Assembly: GCA_041591245.1 (NCBI GenBank)
Contig: JBFHSI010000001.1
Coordinates: 1 to 55,715 of the forward strand
DNA: 55,715 nt
Direction of reading: 5' to 3'
Source: Marinobacter sp.
Lineage (GTDB): Bacteria > Pseudomonadota > Gammaproteobacteria > Pseudomonadales > Oleiphilaceae
Part shown: piece by piece, positions 9,568-18,795 of the stretch
Numbering within the stretch: position 1 is the first letter of the stretch
Layout of the letters: each line of letters starts with the position of its first letter
Translations under genes and position numbers: made by a program
The notes under the pieces: model-generated
Databases searched by the model: none
What the model saw: only the letters and a program-made list of their open reading frames with translations
What the model was told of the DNA's origin: nothing

Positions 9568-10557
9568 ATGATGGATTATTGGTATGGATTGCCCTGGAAC
9601 CGGGAGCCGGGGGAGCGCAAGCGCCTGCTGACCATCTCCATGGTGGTGGTGCCCCTGTGCCTGGCTTTTGCGGTATTTGTGACCCTGGTGGAGTTGCCGG
9701 AACCGGACCGCAAGGAAAAGGAAGCTTTGCCTCCGCAACTGGCCAAACTCATTCTGGAGCGTAAGGAGCCGCCCAAGCCGGTGGTTGTTCCCAAACCCGA
9801 GCCTGAGCCGGAAAAGCCCAAGCCGGAAGAGAAACCGGAAAAGAAACCGGTGGAGCAGGCCAAGCCGGAACCTAAACCGGAACCCAAGCCCAAGCCTAAA
9901 CCGCGGATTGAAAAGAAACCCGAACCCACACCAGAGAAAGTTCAGGTGGCCAGGGAGAAGGTGAAGAAAACCGGCATTCTGGCCATGGGCAAGGAACTGT
10001 CGAAAATGAGTGAGCTGGCCAGTTCAGTGAAACTCAACGCTCCGGTTACCCGGACCGCCCAGCCCATCGCCAGAAAGACCACAGATACTCTGGCGGCACG
10101 GGCGACGGCTACCGGCCGCAGTGCCGGCGTCGACGAGGCCAATCTGCAGCGTGAAACCCGGCAGGTGGCACTGGCCGAAAGGCAGCGTGCGGAAGTCGCC
10201 GAGGTGGAACGGGTCGCAGCGGTCAAGGAAGAAGTCCGCCGTGCCCAGAAGGATGTGGCTTCCAGAACCCGGAGCAGGGAAGAGCTGCGGCGCACCATGG
10301 ATGCCAACAAATCGGCTATCTACAGCATCTATAACCGGGAGCTGAGGCGTAAACCGTCGCTTCAGGGCAGTATTACCCCGGAACTGGTGATCGAATCCAA
10401 TGGCTCGGTATCCAGTTGTGCTGTGGTTGAGTCAACCCTCAACGAACCGGGGCTTGAGAAGAAAATCTGTAACCGCCTGAGACTGGTGGATTTCGGTGCC
10501 CGTCCAGGAGTGGATCAGACCAAGATCCGCTATCCCATCGAACTCCTGCCCGGCTGA
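9568..10557 (+). CDS. TonB-like energy transducer with AgmX/PglI-type C-terminal domain (GltG-like)
   Basis: Single TM, Pro/Lys/Glu-rich linker, C-terminal IYNRELRRKPSLQG...I..NG.V domain. Confidence 0.85.
   Translation: MMDYWYGLPWNREPGERKRLLTISMVVVPLCLAFAVFVTLVELPEPDRKEKEALPPQLAKLILERKEPPKPVVVPKPEPEPEKPKPEEKPEKKPVEQAKPEPKPEPKPKPKPRIEKKPEPTPEKVQVAREKVKKTGILAMGKELSKMSELASSVKLNAPVTRTAQPIARKTTDTLAARATATGRSAGVDEANLQRETRQVALAERQRAEVAEVERVAAVKEEVRRAQKDVASRTRSREELRRTMDANKSAIYSIYNRELRRKPSLQGSITPELVIESNGSVSSCAVVESTLNEPGLEKKICNRLRLVDFGARPGVDQTKIRYPIELLPG
9766..9936 (+). repeat. Low-complexity (KP/EP)n coding repeat in the TonB-like linker
   Basis: EPPKPVVVPKPEPEPEKPKPEEKPEKKP...KPEPKPEPKPKPKP; boundaries approximate. 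Confidence 0.7.
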
Positions 10558-10592
10558 CTCTGCCGGTCAGGCTTTCCGGTTCTCCCTGGTTG

Positions 10593-10635
10593 TCCCGGCA
10601 TCAGATTCTTTGTCTGATGCCGGGATTCCTTTTTC
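10593..10635 (+). terminator. Rho-independent terminator ending the envelope operon
   Basis: 13-bp perfect stem TCCCGGCATCAGA / TCTGATGCCGGGA, 7-nt loop, followed by TTCCTTTTT. Confidence 0.75.
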
Positions 10636-10681
10636 TGTGCCCGCGCCTGCTGCGTCCCGCCGGCCCCCACCTGTATCTGTT

Positions 10682-10695
10682 TTGATAAACATCAA
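10682..10695 (+). promoter_or_regulatory. FNR/Anr box
   Basis: Exact consensus TTGAT-AAAC-ATCAA. A TAGTGT -10-like hexamer at 10717-10722 fits class II spacing. Confidence 0.8.
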
Positions 10696-10771
10696 ACGAA
10701 GATGCCGCTTATGCTTTAGTGTAGGGCTATAGTTAAAAACTCTGAATCTTCCGTCCTGCAGGAGCATTGCC

Positions 10772-11095
10772 ATGACCAACCGGAAATCGGAACTGGAAAC
10801 CCTCAAAGCAGACCTGAGCGCCAGGCTGTCCCGCTACAAGTCCCACCAGCATCGGGAAGAAGGGGCTCTGGACAAGGATTTTGCTGAGCAGGCCAACCAG
10901 ACCCAGAATGATGAGGTTGTGGATTCCCTGGAAACGGAAACCCGTGCTGAATTGTTACAGGTAGAGCATGCCCTGGAGCGTATTGAAAGCGGGGAGGGGG
11001 ATCTGTGCGAGGTTTGCGGCAAAACCATTGACCCGCGTCGGTTGCAGGTGCTGCCTTACACTACCCTGTGTGTGGATTGCGCGGGCTCGGAATAA
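10772..11095 (+). CDS. TraR/DksA C4-type zinc finger protein
   Basis: CEVC...CVDC zinc finger, coiled coil with DFAEQA tip, AGGAG SD. Confidence 0.9.
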   Translation: MTNRKSELETLKADLSARLSRYKSHQHREEGALDKDFAEQANQTQNDEVVDSLETETRAELLQVEHALERIESGEGDLCEVCGKTIDPRRLQVLPYTTLCVDCAGSE

Positions 11096-11112
11096 GCCCG
11101 ACGGAGCCGGCG

Positions 11113-11829
11113 GTGACCGAGTCCCGGCAACCGGTGTTTCACGCCCGCGGGGTGGTGAAAACCTATCGGCAGGGTGAGGTTGAGGTGCGCGCCCTGCGGG
11201 GGGTGGACCTGGATCTGTATGCCGGGGAGCTGGTGGTCATGCTGGGGGCCTCCGGGTCCGGGAAGTCCACGCTGCTGAATATTCTGGGGGGGCTGGATGT
11301 GCCCACATCAGGGGAGGTCCGGTACCGGGATTACGAGCTGACAAACGCCAGCGACCGGACCCTGACTGCCTACCGCCGGGAGCATGTGGGCTTTGTCTTC
11401 CAGTTCTATAACCTCATTCCAAGCCTGACGGCCCTTGAAAATGTGGAGGCAGTCACCGAGATTGCCAGCCATCCCATGGCCGCGGAAGACGCCCTGGCCC
11501 TGGTGGGCCTGCAGGATCGCATGGACCATTTTCCGGCACAGATGTCCGGCGGCGAGCAACAGCGGGTGGCCATAGCCCGGGCTGTGGCCAAGCGCCCGGA
11601 TGTACTGCTCTGTGACGAGCCCACCGGTGCCCTGGACTCAGAAACCGGAATACTGGTGCTGGCTGCTCTGGACCGGGCCAACCGGGAAACCGGCACCACC
11701 ACCGTTATCATTACCCACAATGCTTCCATTGCCGGCATGGGTGACCGGGTGATCACCCTGTCCGATGGCAATATCAGTGGTCAGCGGCGCAATGACCAGC
11801 GTCAGGACCCACACACACTGAGCTGGTAG
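11113..11829 (+). CDS. ABC transporter ATP-binding protein (MacB/LolD type)
   Basis: [39 protein letters not shown]; GTG 11113 after GGAG. Confidence 0.93.
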   Translation: MTESRQPVFHARGVVKTYRQGEVEVRALRGVDLDLYAGELVVMLGASGSGKSTLLNILGGLDVPTSGEVRYRDYELTNASDRTLTAYRREHVGFVFQFYNLIPSLTALENVEAVTEIASHPMAAEDALALVGLQDRMDHFPAQMSGGEQQRVAIARAVAKRPDVLLCDEPTGALDSETGILVLAALDRANRETGTTTVIITHNASIAGMGDRVITLSDGNISGQRRNDQRQDPHTLSW

Positions 11830-11832
11830 CTT

Positions 11833-14208
11833 ATGGGCAGGGTTTTCGGCACCTTGAACACCAAACTGCGCCGGGAACTCTGGCATATGCGGGGGCAGGT
11901 GCTGGCCATTTCCCTGGTGATTGCCGGTGGAGTTGCCGTCTGCGTCATGTCCCTGGTGAACTACTCCTCCCTGTCTGCGACCCGCAGCCTGTACTACCAG
12001 CAGTATCAGTTTGCCGAGGTGTTCGCCGTCCTGAAACGGGCTCCGGAGCATGTTCTGCAACGGGTTGCGGAGATCCCCGGCATTACCCGCATCAGCAGCC
12101 GGGTAGAAGGGGCCGCCAAGCTGGAAATTGCCGGTTTCAGCGATCCGGTATCGGCCCGTCTGGTGTCACTACCGGCCGGGGGGCAGCCGGAGGTGAACCG
12201 GCTGTTTGTGCGCTCCGGACGTTTGCCGGCGGCCGGCCGCAACCGGGAGGTGGCGGTGATTGGCAGTTTTGCCGAGGCCCACGGCCTGAAACCCGGAGAT
12301 ACTTTTCCCGCCATCATCAATGGCCGGCGTCAGGTTCTGCGGCTGACCGGAATTGTGGAGTCTCCTGAGTTTATCTATGTCATTCCGCCCGGGGGCATGC
12401 TGCCGGACTACCTGCGCTACGGAGTTCTGTGGATGAGCCGGGATGCCCTGGAAGCTGCCATGGACATGAAGGGGGCTTTCAACAGTCTGGTGGCGCGGGT
12501 GCGGCCGGGTTATCCGGTGGACTCGGTTATCGATGAGCTGGACCGGGTGCTGGATCGCTATGGGGGTACCGGTGCCTACAGCCGTGAGGACCAGTTTTCC
12601 CACCGCTTTCTCAATGATGAGCTGACCCAGCTGAAGGTGATGGCCACGGTTTTTCCTCTTGTTTTTATGGGGGTGGCCATGTTTCTGCTGAATGTGGTGA
12701 TCGGGCGGCTGATCAGTACCCAGCGGGATATTATTGCCATTCTCAAGGCCTTTGGTTACAGCAACCGGCAGATCGGCTGGCATTACAGCCAGATGGTGCT
12801 GGTTATTGCGGTCACCGGGTTTGTTCTGGGGCTGGCCCTGGGGCTCTGGGCCGGAAATGCCATGGGCCGGATGTATATGCAGTACTACCGTTTTCCCTGG
12901 CTGCTGTTCCGGATTCACCCCGGATGGATTCTGGTGCTGGGCGCAGGCACAGTTCTGGTGGCCTGGCTGGGTGGCTGGCGGGCCATTCGTCAGGCTACAG
13001 CCCTGCCGCCGGCGGAGGCAATGAGGCCGGAAGGGCCTGCCAGGTTCCGGGTTACCCGGCTGGAAACATGGCTCTCGGGGCTGCGCCTGTCCCAGCCCTC
13101 CCGGATGATTTTCCGGCAGATGGCGCGACGGCCCCTGCGCAGTTTTCTGGCTATGCTGGGTGTGGCCATGGCGACCGCAATTATTCTGGTGGGTAACTTC
13201 CAGTTCGATTCGGTGGCCCTGATGGTGCATGCCCAGTTTGCCCGGGTGCAGCAGGAGGATCTGGCGGCCACCTTTACCGATCCGGTCAATGGGGCTGTGC
13301 TCTATGATCTGAGGCGCAAACCTGGGGTGCGCTTTGCCGAAGGGCGGCGTGTGGTGGCTGCGCGCCTGGTCAATGGTCACCGGCAGTGGCGCAGTGCGGT
13401 GACCGGAATTCCGGCGGATGCCCGCCTGCAGTTTGTGGTGGACCGGGAGATGCAGCCGGTGACCATCCCCCTGGAGGGCCTGCTGATCACTGATTATCTG
13501 GCCAGGGAGCTGGATATAGCACCCGGGGACCGGCTGGTCATTGACATTCTGGAAGGCGACCGGCGGCAGATTTCGGTGCCCGTGGCCGGTATCAGCCAGG
13601 AATTTCTGGGGGTGGGGGTGTACATGAACCTGGATGCCCTGAACCGGGTACTGGGCGATGGAGACCTGATCAATCAGGCTCTGGTGAATGTGCAGCCGGA
13701 CCGGGCCGGGGAGGTGTACCGGACCCTGAGGGACATGCCCAAGGTACAGGGTGTCAGTATCCGCCAGACTCTGATCGACAGTTTTCATGACACTCTGGGC
13801 AAGACCTTTCTGACCTTTACTTTTTTCAACAGCCTGCTGGGGGGCATTATTGCCTTCGGGGTTATTTACAACACAGTACGCATTTCCCTGGCCGAGAAGG
13901 GCCGGGAGTTGGCGAGCCTCCGGGTGCTTGGGTATACCCATAACGAGGTTGCCCATATTCTGCTGGGGGATATTGCCCTGCTGTTGCTGGGGGGAATCCC
14001 CCTGGGCTGGCTGATTGGTGAAGGCCTGGCCTCTATGATCATTACCGCCATGCAGACAGAGCTGTATCGGGTACCTCTGCTGATAACCCCGCAGACTCTG
14101 GGCATGTCAGGGGCGGTGGTGATTGTCTCGGCACTGGCGTCGGGAGTTATTGCCTGGTGGCGGTTGCGGGGGCTGGATCTGGTGGCGGTATTGAAAACGA
14201 GGGAATGA
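11833..14208 (+). CDS. FtsX/MacB-like ABC permease (duplicated)
   Basis: Two FtsX halves (QRDIIAILKAFG; GRELASLRVLG) with large periplasmic domains. Confidence 0.9.
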   Translation: MGRVFGTLNTKLRRELWHMRGQVLAISLVIAGGVAVCVMSLVNYSSLSATRSLYYQQYQFAEVFAVLKRAPEHVLQRVAEIPGITRISSRVEGAAKLEIAGFSDPVSARLVSLPAGGQPEVNRLFVRSGRLPAAGRNREVAVIGSFAEAHGLKPGDTFPAIINGRRQVLRLTGIVESPEFIYVIPPGGMLPDYLRYGVLWMSRDALEAAMDMKGAFNSLVARVRPGYPVDSVIDELDRVLDRYGGTGAYSREDQFSHRFLNDELTQLKVMATVFPLVFMGVAMFLLNVVIGRLISTQRDIIAILKAFGYSNRQIGWHYSQMVLVIAVTGFVLGLALGLWAGNAMGRMYMQYYRFPWLLFRIHPGWILVLGAGTVLVAWLGGWRAIRQATALPPAEAMRPEGPARFRVTRLETWLSGLRLSQPSRMIFRQMARRPLRSFLAMLGVAMATAIILVGNFQFDSVALMVHAQFARVQQEDLAATFTDPVNGAVLYDLRRKPGVRFAEGRRVVAARLVNGHRQWRSAVTGIPADARLQFVVDREMQPVTIPLEGLLITDYLARELDIAPGDRLVIDILEGDRRQISVPVAGISQEFLGVGVYMNLDALNRVLGDGDLINQALVNVQPDRAGEVYRTLRDMPKVQGVSIRQTLIDSFHDTLGKTFLTFTFFNSLLGGIIAFGVIYNTVRISLAEKGRELASLRVLGYTHNEVAHILLGDIALLLLGGIPLGWLIGEGLASMIITAMQTELYRVPLLITPQTLGMSGAVVIVSALASGVIAWWRLRGLDLVAVLKTRE

Positions 14209-14260
14209 TGGTGCCCGGGCGAAACTATGGCCCGGAGGCTGTCCGGGTAACAGAAGGATT

Positions 14261-15466
14261 ATGGCTATGACACAGGGGAAGGGGAAATGGGTGTTCTGGG
14301 GGCTGTTTGCAGTACTGGCCCTTGCGGTACTGTTTGTTGCCTTCCGGCCTGATGCGGTCTGGGTGGATCTGGCATCCGCTACCCGGGGACCGCTGGAGGT
14401 GAGTATTACCGAAGAGGGCAAAACCCGGGTCAAGGACAGGTACCAGGTGTTTGTGCCGGTGGCGGGCTTTCTGCACCGGATTCGTCTGGATGTGGGGGAC
14501 CGGGTCGAGCAGGGGGCGATCCTGGCCCGGGTGGACCCCATGCCCGCCAGTGTTCTGGATGCCCGCAGCCGGGCCGAAGCGGAAGCCAGGGTCGGTGCGG
14601 CCCGTTCGGCGCTGGCTTCGGCACAGCAACAGATTGAGGCGGCCCGCACGGAAGCCGATCTGGCAGCAAAGGAACTGGCCAGGTTACAGGCTCTGGCGGT
14701 TGGCCGTTTTGTGTCCGAAGAGAAGTTGCAGCAGGCCCAGGCTGCGGCAGATCGGACCCGGGCCATTCTGCGTTCGGCGCGCTTTGATGGAGAGGTGAGA
14801 GCCCATGAACTGCGGGCGGCTCAGACCCGGCTGGAAGTTTCTGCCGCCACTTCCTCTGGTGCAAGCCCGGCAGAAACGGTACCGGTGCGCTCCCCGGTCA
14901 ATGGTGTGGTTCTGGATGTGGTGCGGGAAAGCGAAGGCGTCATCCAGGCGGGGGAACCTGTGGTGGAAGTAGGTGATCCGGCGGCCCTGGAGGTGGTGGT
15001 GGATGTGCTCAGCTACGATGCGGTCAGGCTGGCTCCCGGGACTCAGGTACGGCTGACCGGGTGGGGCGGGCCAACTCTGAACGGGCTGGTCCGTCGGGTG
15101 GAGCCCGCCGGATTCGAGGATGTTTCCGCCCTGGGGGTGGAAGAGCAGCGGGTCCGGGTGGTGGCGGATATTGTCAGCCCGCAGGAGCAATGGCAGACCC
15201 TGGGGGATGGCTACCGGGTGGATGCCACGTTTGTGCTCTGGGCGGAGGAGGATGTGCTGCAGATTCCCGCTTCTGCCATATTCACCCAGGATGACCGCCA
15301 GTATGTATTTCTGGCGCAGGAGGGCCGGGCAAGGCTTGCCGAGGTCAGGACCGGCCGCAGTAACGGGCTGTATACGGCGGTGACGGAAGGGCTGTCCGAG
15401 GGGGATCAGGTGGTCCGCCATCCGGACCGGCAGTTGCAGGCGGGGAGTCGTATCCGGGTGCGCTAG
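14261..15466 (+). CDS. Efflux periplasmic adaptor subunit (HlyD/MacA family)
   Basis: N-terminal TM, lipoyl/hairpin coiled coil, VRSPVNGVVL, SALGVEEQRV. Confidence 0.9.
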   Translation: MAMTQGKGKWVFWGLFAVLALAVLFVAFRPDAVWVDLASATRGPLEVSITEEGKTRVKDRYQVFVPVAGFLHRIRLDVGDRVEQGAILARVDPMPASVLDARSRAEAEARVGAARSALASAQQQIEAARTEADLAAKELARLQALAVGRFVSEEKLQQAQAAADRTRAILRSARFDGEVRAHELRAAQTRLEVSAATSSGASPAETVPVRSPVNGVVLDVVRESEGVIQAGEPVVEVGDPAALEVVVDVLSYDAVRLAPGTQVRLTGWGGPTLNGLVRRVEPAGFEDVSALGVEEQRVRVVADIVSPQEQWQTLGDGYRVDATFVLWAEEDVLQIPASAIFTQDDRQYVFLAQEGRARLAEVRTGRSNGLYTAVTEGLSEGDQVVRHPDRQLQAGSRIRVR

Positions 15467-15538
15467 GCCGGAATCAGTGCACCGGAAGCATTTCCCGGGG
15501 ATGGGGGGGCTGCAGGTTTGACCCATTAAGGAGTTAAA

Positions 15539-16201
15539 ATGCGCAACGTCATCAAGGACCGGATTCAGGGTGGGAGTGAGGAAATGGCACGATCAACAAT
15601 CTGGGCTCTGGTCTGGGCAGCGGTCTTTTCCGGGGTGCTGGTATGGTCTGGCATAGGCCCCATGGACCGGGCCACCTGGGTACTGGAGGTGCTGCCGGCA
15701 GTCCTGGGATTTATCGCCGTGATCTGGTCCTGGTATCGCTACCCACTGACACCGCTGACCTACTGGCTGATTCTGGTGCATGCGGTGATTCTCATGATCG
15801 GAGGGCATTATACCTACGCCGAGGTTCCGCTGTTTGAGTGGCTTGGGGAGATGTTTGGATGGACCCGCAACAATTACGACAAACTCGGGCATTTTGCCCA
15901 GGGATTTGTCCCGGCACTGATTGCCCGGGAGCTGGTAACCCGGCTTTCCGTGTTTTCCGGTAACGGATGGCGTGCCTTTTTCATAGTCTGCTTTTGTCTC
16001 GCTCTGAGTGCGTTCTACGAATTGATAGAATGGTGGGTCGCACTGGTGAGCGATGATGCGGCGGATTCTTTTCTGGGAACCCAGGGATACATTTGGGATA
16101 CCCAGTCTGATATGGCCTGGGCCCTGACCGGAGCCCTTGCTGCACTGATATTGCTTGGACGCCTGCAGGACCGGCAGATAGCCGGACTCGGCCGGCGCTG
16201 A
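15539..16201 (+). CDS. DUF2238 (YjdF-like) inner membrane protein
   Basis: GGHYTYAEVP, RNNYDKLGHFAQG, YELIEW, FLGTQGYIWDTQSDM. Alternative start 15584. Confidence 0.88.
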   Translation: MRNVIKDRIQGGSEEMARSTIWALVWAAVFSGVLVWSGIGPMDRATWVLEVLPAVLGFIAVIWSWYRYPLTPLTYWLILVHAVILMIGGHYTYAEVPLFEWLGEMFGWTRNNYDKLGHFAQGFVPALIARELVTRLSVFSGNGWRAFFIVCFCLALSAFYELIEWWVALVSDDAADSFLGTQGYIWDTQSDMAWALTGALAALILLGRLQDRQIAGLGRR

Positions 16202-16232
16202 AACCCTTTCAATCCTCTCGAAGATACAGTTT

Positions 16233-17696
16233 ATGACTGATACACATGATCCACGCACACCCGGAAAGGGGCTTCCCAAAAGCCAGCTGATAGGCCTGCT
16301 GGTCGGGGCTGTGTTTCTTCTGATCACACTGGTTCTGCCGCCACCGGCCTCCATGGGGCAGGAGGCCTGGGCGGCTCTGGGCATGATGCTGCTGATGGCG
16401 ACCTGGTGGTCAACCGAAGCCATCCCCATTCCGGCCACGGCCCTGCTACCCATTGTGCTGATACCGGCTCTGGGGCTGGGCAGTATCGGTGAGGCAACGG
16501 CACCCTATGCCAATCCCATCATCTACCTGTTCCTGGGGGGCTTTACCCTGGGGCTGGCCATGCAACGCTGGAATCTGCATCGGCGTATTGCCCTGCTGAC
16601 CCTGAAAACCGTGGGCGACCGTCCCAGTCGGCAGATTGGCGGTTTCATGCTGGCCACGGCCTTTCTGAGCATGTGGGTCAGCAACACGGCAACCGCAATC
16701 ATGATGCTGCCCATTGGCCTGTCCATGATTGCCATGGCTGACAGCTCTGACCCGGAAGGGGTTCGCCGCTATGCCACTTCCCTGTTACTGGGGATAGCCT
16801 ACGCGGCCAGCATTGGTGGTATTGCCACCCTTATTGGTACTCCGCCCAACGCCCTGCTGGCGGCCTACCTCAGTGACAGCCAGGGCATCGAGATAGGGTT
16901 TGCCCAGTGGATGCTGCTGGGCCTTCCGGTAACCGTAATCATGCTGGCTGCTGCATGGTGGTGGCTGACCCGCAAGGATTTCGGGGTGGAGCATGAAGGG
17001 GATACCGGGCAGATGATTCTGGATGAACTGGAGGCTCTGGGCCCCCTGAGCCGTGGTGAAAAACTGGTGGCTCTGGTGTTCCTGCTGACAGCCGCAGCCT
17101 GGATATTCCGGCCCCTGCTGTCCCACAGCCTGCTGCCCTGGCTCAGTGATACCGGTATCGCCATAGCGGCGGCGGTCGCCATGTTCATTATTCCGGTGAA
17201 CACCCGGGAGCGGGAATTTGTTCTGGACTGGGATACCGCCAAAAATCTGCCCTGGGGCGTTTTGCTGCTGTTCGGGGGAGGCCTGGCCATGGCCGGCGTC
17301 ATCAAAAGCTCCGGTCTCGCGGTCTGGATTGCTGAAGGTCTGGGGGCCGCGGGAAGCATGCCCACAGTGGTGGTTATTGTGCTGGTGGTGGCGGTGATTA
17401 TTTTTCTTACCGAAGTCACCAGCAACACGGCCACTGCTGCTGCCTTCCTGCCGTTGCTGGGGGCGCTGGCCATGTCCCAGGATGTGTCACCGCTGCTGCT
17501 GACAGTACCGGCGGCCCTGGCCGCCAGTTGTGCCTTCATGATGCCGGTGGCCACACCCCCCAACGCCATTGTGTTCTCTTCCGGACACATGAAAATCGGC
17601 GATATGATCGGCGCCGGTTTCGCCCTGAACCTGGTGGGTGTTGTGGTGGTTACCCTGCTTTGCTACGGCCTGCTGGGCGTGGTTTTCACTCTCTGA
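16233..17696 (+). CDS. DASS/SLC13 sodium-coupled di-/tricarboxylate symporter
   Basis: Two SNT motifs (SMWVSNTAT, TEVTSNTAT), GTPPN, MPVATPPNA. Confidence 0.92.
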   Translation: MTDTHDPRTPGKGLPKSQLIGLLVGAVFLLITLVLPPPASMGQEAWAALGMMLLMATWWSTEAIPIPATALLPIVLIPALGLGSIGEATAPYANPIIYLFLGGFTLGLAMQRWNLHRRIALLTLKTVGDRPSRQIGGFMLATAFLSMWVSNTATAIMMLPIGLSMIAMADSSDPEGVRRYATSLLLGIAYAASIGGIATLIGTPPNALLAAYLSDSQGIEIGFAQWMLLGLPVTVIMLAAAWWWLTRKDFGVEHEGDTGQMILDELEALGPLSRGEKLVALVFLLTAAAWIFRPLLSHSLLPWLSDTGIAIAAAVAMFIIPVNTREREFVLDWDTAKNLPWGVLLLFGGGLAMAGVIKSSGLAVWIAEGLGAAGSMPTVVVIVLVVAVIIFLTEVTSNTATAAAFLPLLGALAMSQDVSPLLLTVPAALAASCAFMMPVATPPNAIVFSSGHMKIGDMIGAGFALNLVGVVVVTLLCYGLLGVVFTL

Positions 17697-17941
17697 ATCT
17701 TGGCGCGGGTCCGGCGGCTTCCGGCCCCGGTCCCGCGCACCTTCCTTCCTCTGGCCAGCCCTGTTTCGGGGGGATTGGTCACAGCTTGAACCAGTTCTCG
17801 TTTCCCTGTCACCAGCGCCCTTCTGCGGGGGCGGATTTGAGGCACAGTTATCTTTAAGCCTGCCGGCTTTTCGCTATCGTACCGTAACAACATGTAACCC
17901 GATAAATGTCACGACCCATAATAACAGGAACATAGTCTGAC

Positions 17942-18742
17942 ATGCTGCTGGTACTCGCGGGATCCCTCCTTACCTTTGCCATGGTGCAGGAAGCGACACA
18001 GGTCGAACCTTTTGAAAAGGGCGCCATTGTCATCGAGCAGGATATTGATTCCGGCCCGGTCAGTCTGCGTTCCGATATCCAGGTGGAGCCGCTGGTTGAA
18101 CAGAAGTACCGCAATATCGTTCGCCAGGCCTATGACTACAGTTGCGGCAGTGCCGCCCTGACCACGGTTCTCAATCATTATCTGGGCCGGAATCTGTCGG
18201 AACGGCAGGTTATGGAGGGGTTGTTGCATTACGGTGAGCGGGAAAGGATTGTCGCCCGGCGTGCCTTCTCCATGCTCGACATGAAGCGGCTGGTGACGGC
18301 CCTGGGTTACCCCTCCGGAGGCTTCAGGGCCAGCATTGACGATCTGAAAGAGCTGGATCACCCGGCCATAGTTCCCATCCACCATGCCGGCTTCAAACAC
18401 TTTGTGGTGTTGCGGGCCATACGGGATGGGCGGGTTTTCCTGGCAGATCCCTCGGTAGGCAATATCTCCTTTCCCCTGGCCCAGTTTGAGAGCAAGTGGG
18501 ATGACAATGTCCTGTTTGTGGTTTTTCCGGGAAACAGTTCGCCTCTGGATGATCTGGAGTTGAAAGACGAAGACCTGCGATTCGTGGATGACAGAACACT
18601 GACCCTGTTGGCTCTGCAGCAGATGCCGGTCTTCCACGAGGCCACAGAGCGGCGGATACAGAATCTTCTGGAGCGGCAGAAGAACAATCCGGACGGCAGT
18701 GTCGAGAATACCCGAAAGCAACTGCATTACCGCCGCAACTGA
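17942..18742 (+). CDS. C39 family peptidase (FilB/FapD-like)
   Basis: RQAYDYSCGSAAL (catalytic Cys), KHFVV (His), ADPSVG (Asp); hydrophobic N-terminus. Confidence 0.88.
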   Translation: MLLVLAGSLLTFAMVQEATQVEPFEKGAIVIEQDIDSGPVSLRSDIQVEPLVEQKYRNIVRQAYDYSCGSAALTTVLNHYLGRNLSERQVMEGLLHYGERERIVARRAFSMLDMKRLVTALGYPSGGFRASIDDLKELDHPAIVPIHHAGFKHFVVLRAIRDGRVFLADPSVGNISFPLAQFESKWDDNVLFVVFPGNSSPLDDLELKDEDLRFVDDRTLTLLALQQMPVFHEATERRIQNLLERQKNNPDGSVENTRKQLHYRRN

Positions 18743-18795
18743 AACCGGTTGGCTGACCGGAGCAGGAAATACCAATAATAAATAAGGAATTCAGC

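Noticed and set aside
9766-9936. Repetitive DNA considered as a CRISPR array or VNTR
   Set aside because: Degenerate codon repeats encoding the Pro-rich TonB-like linker; no repeat-spacer structure.
17702-17750. GC-rich imperfect hairpin after the DASS gene
   Set aside because: Irregular stem and only a CT-rich tail; too weak to call a terminator or RNA element.
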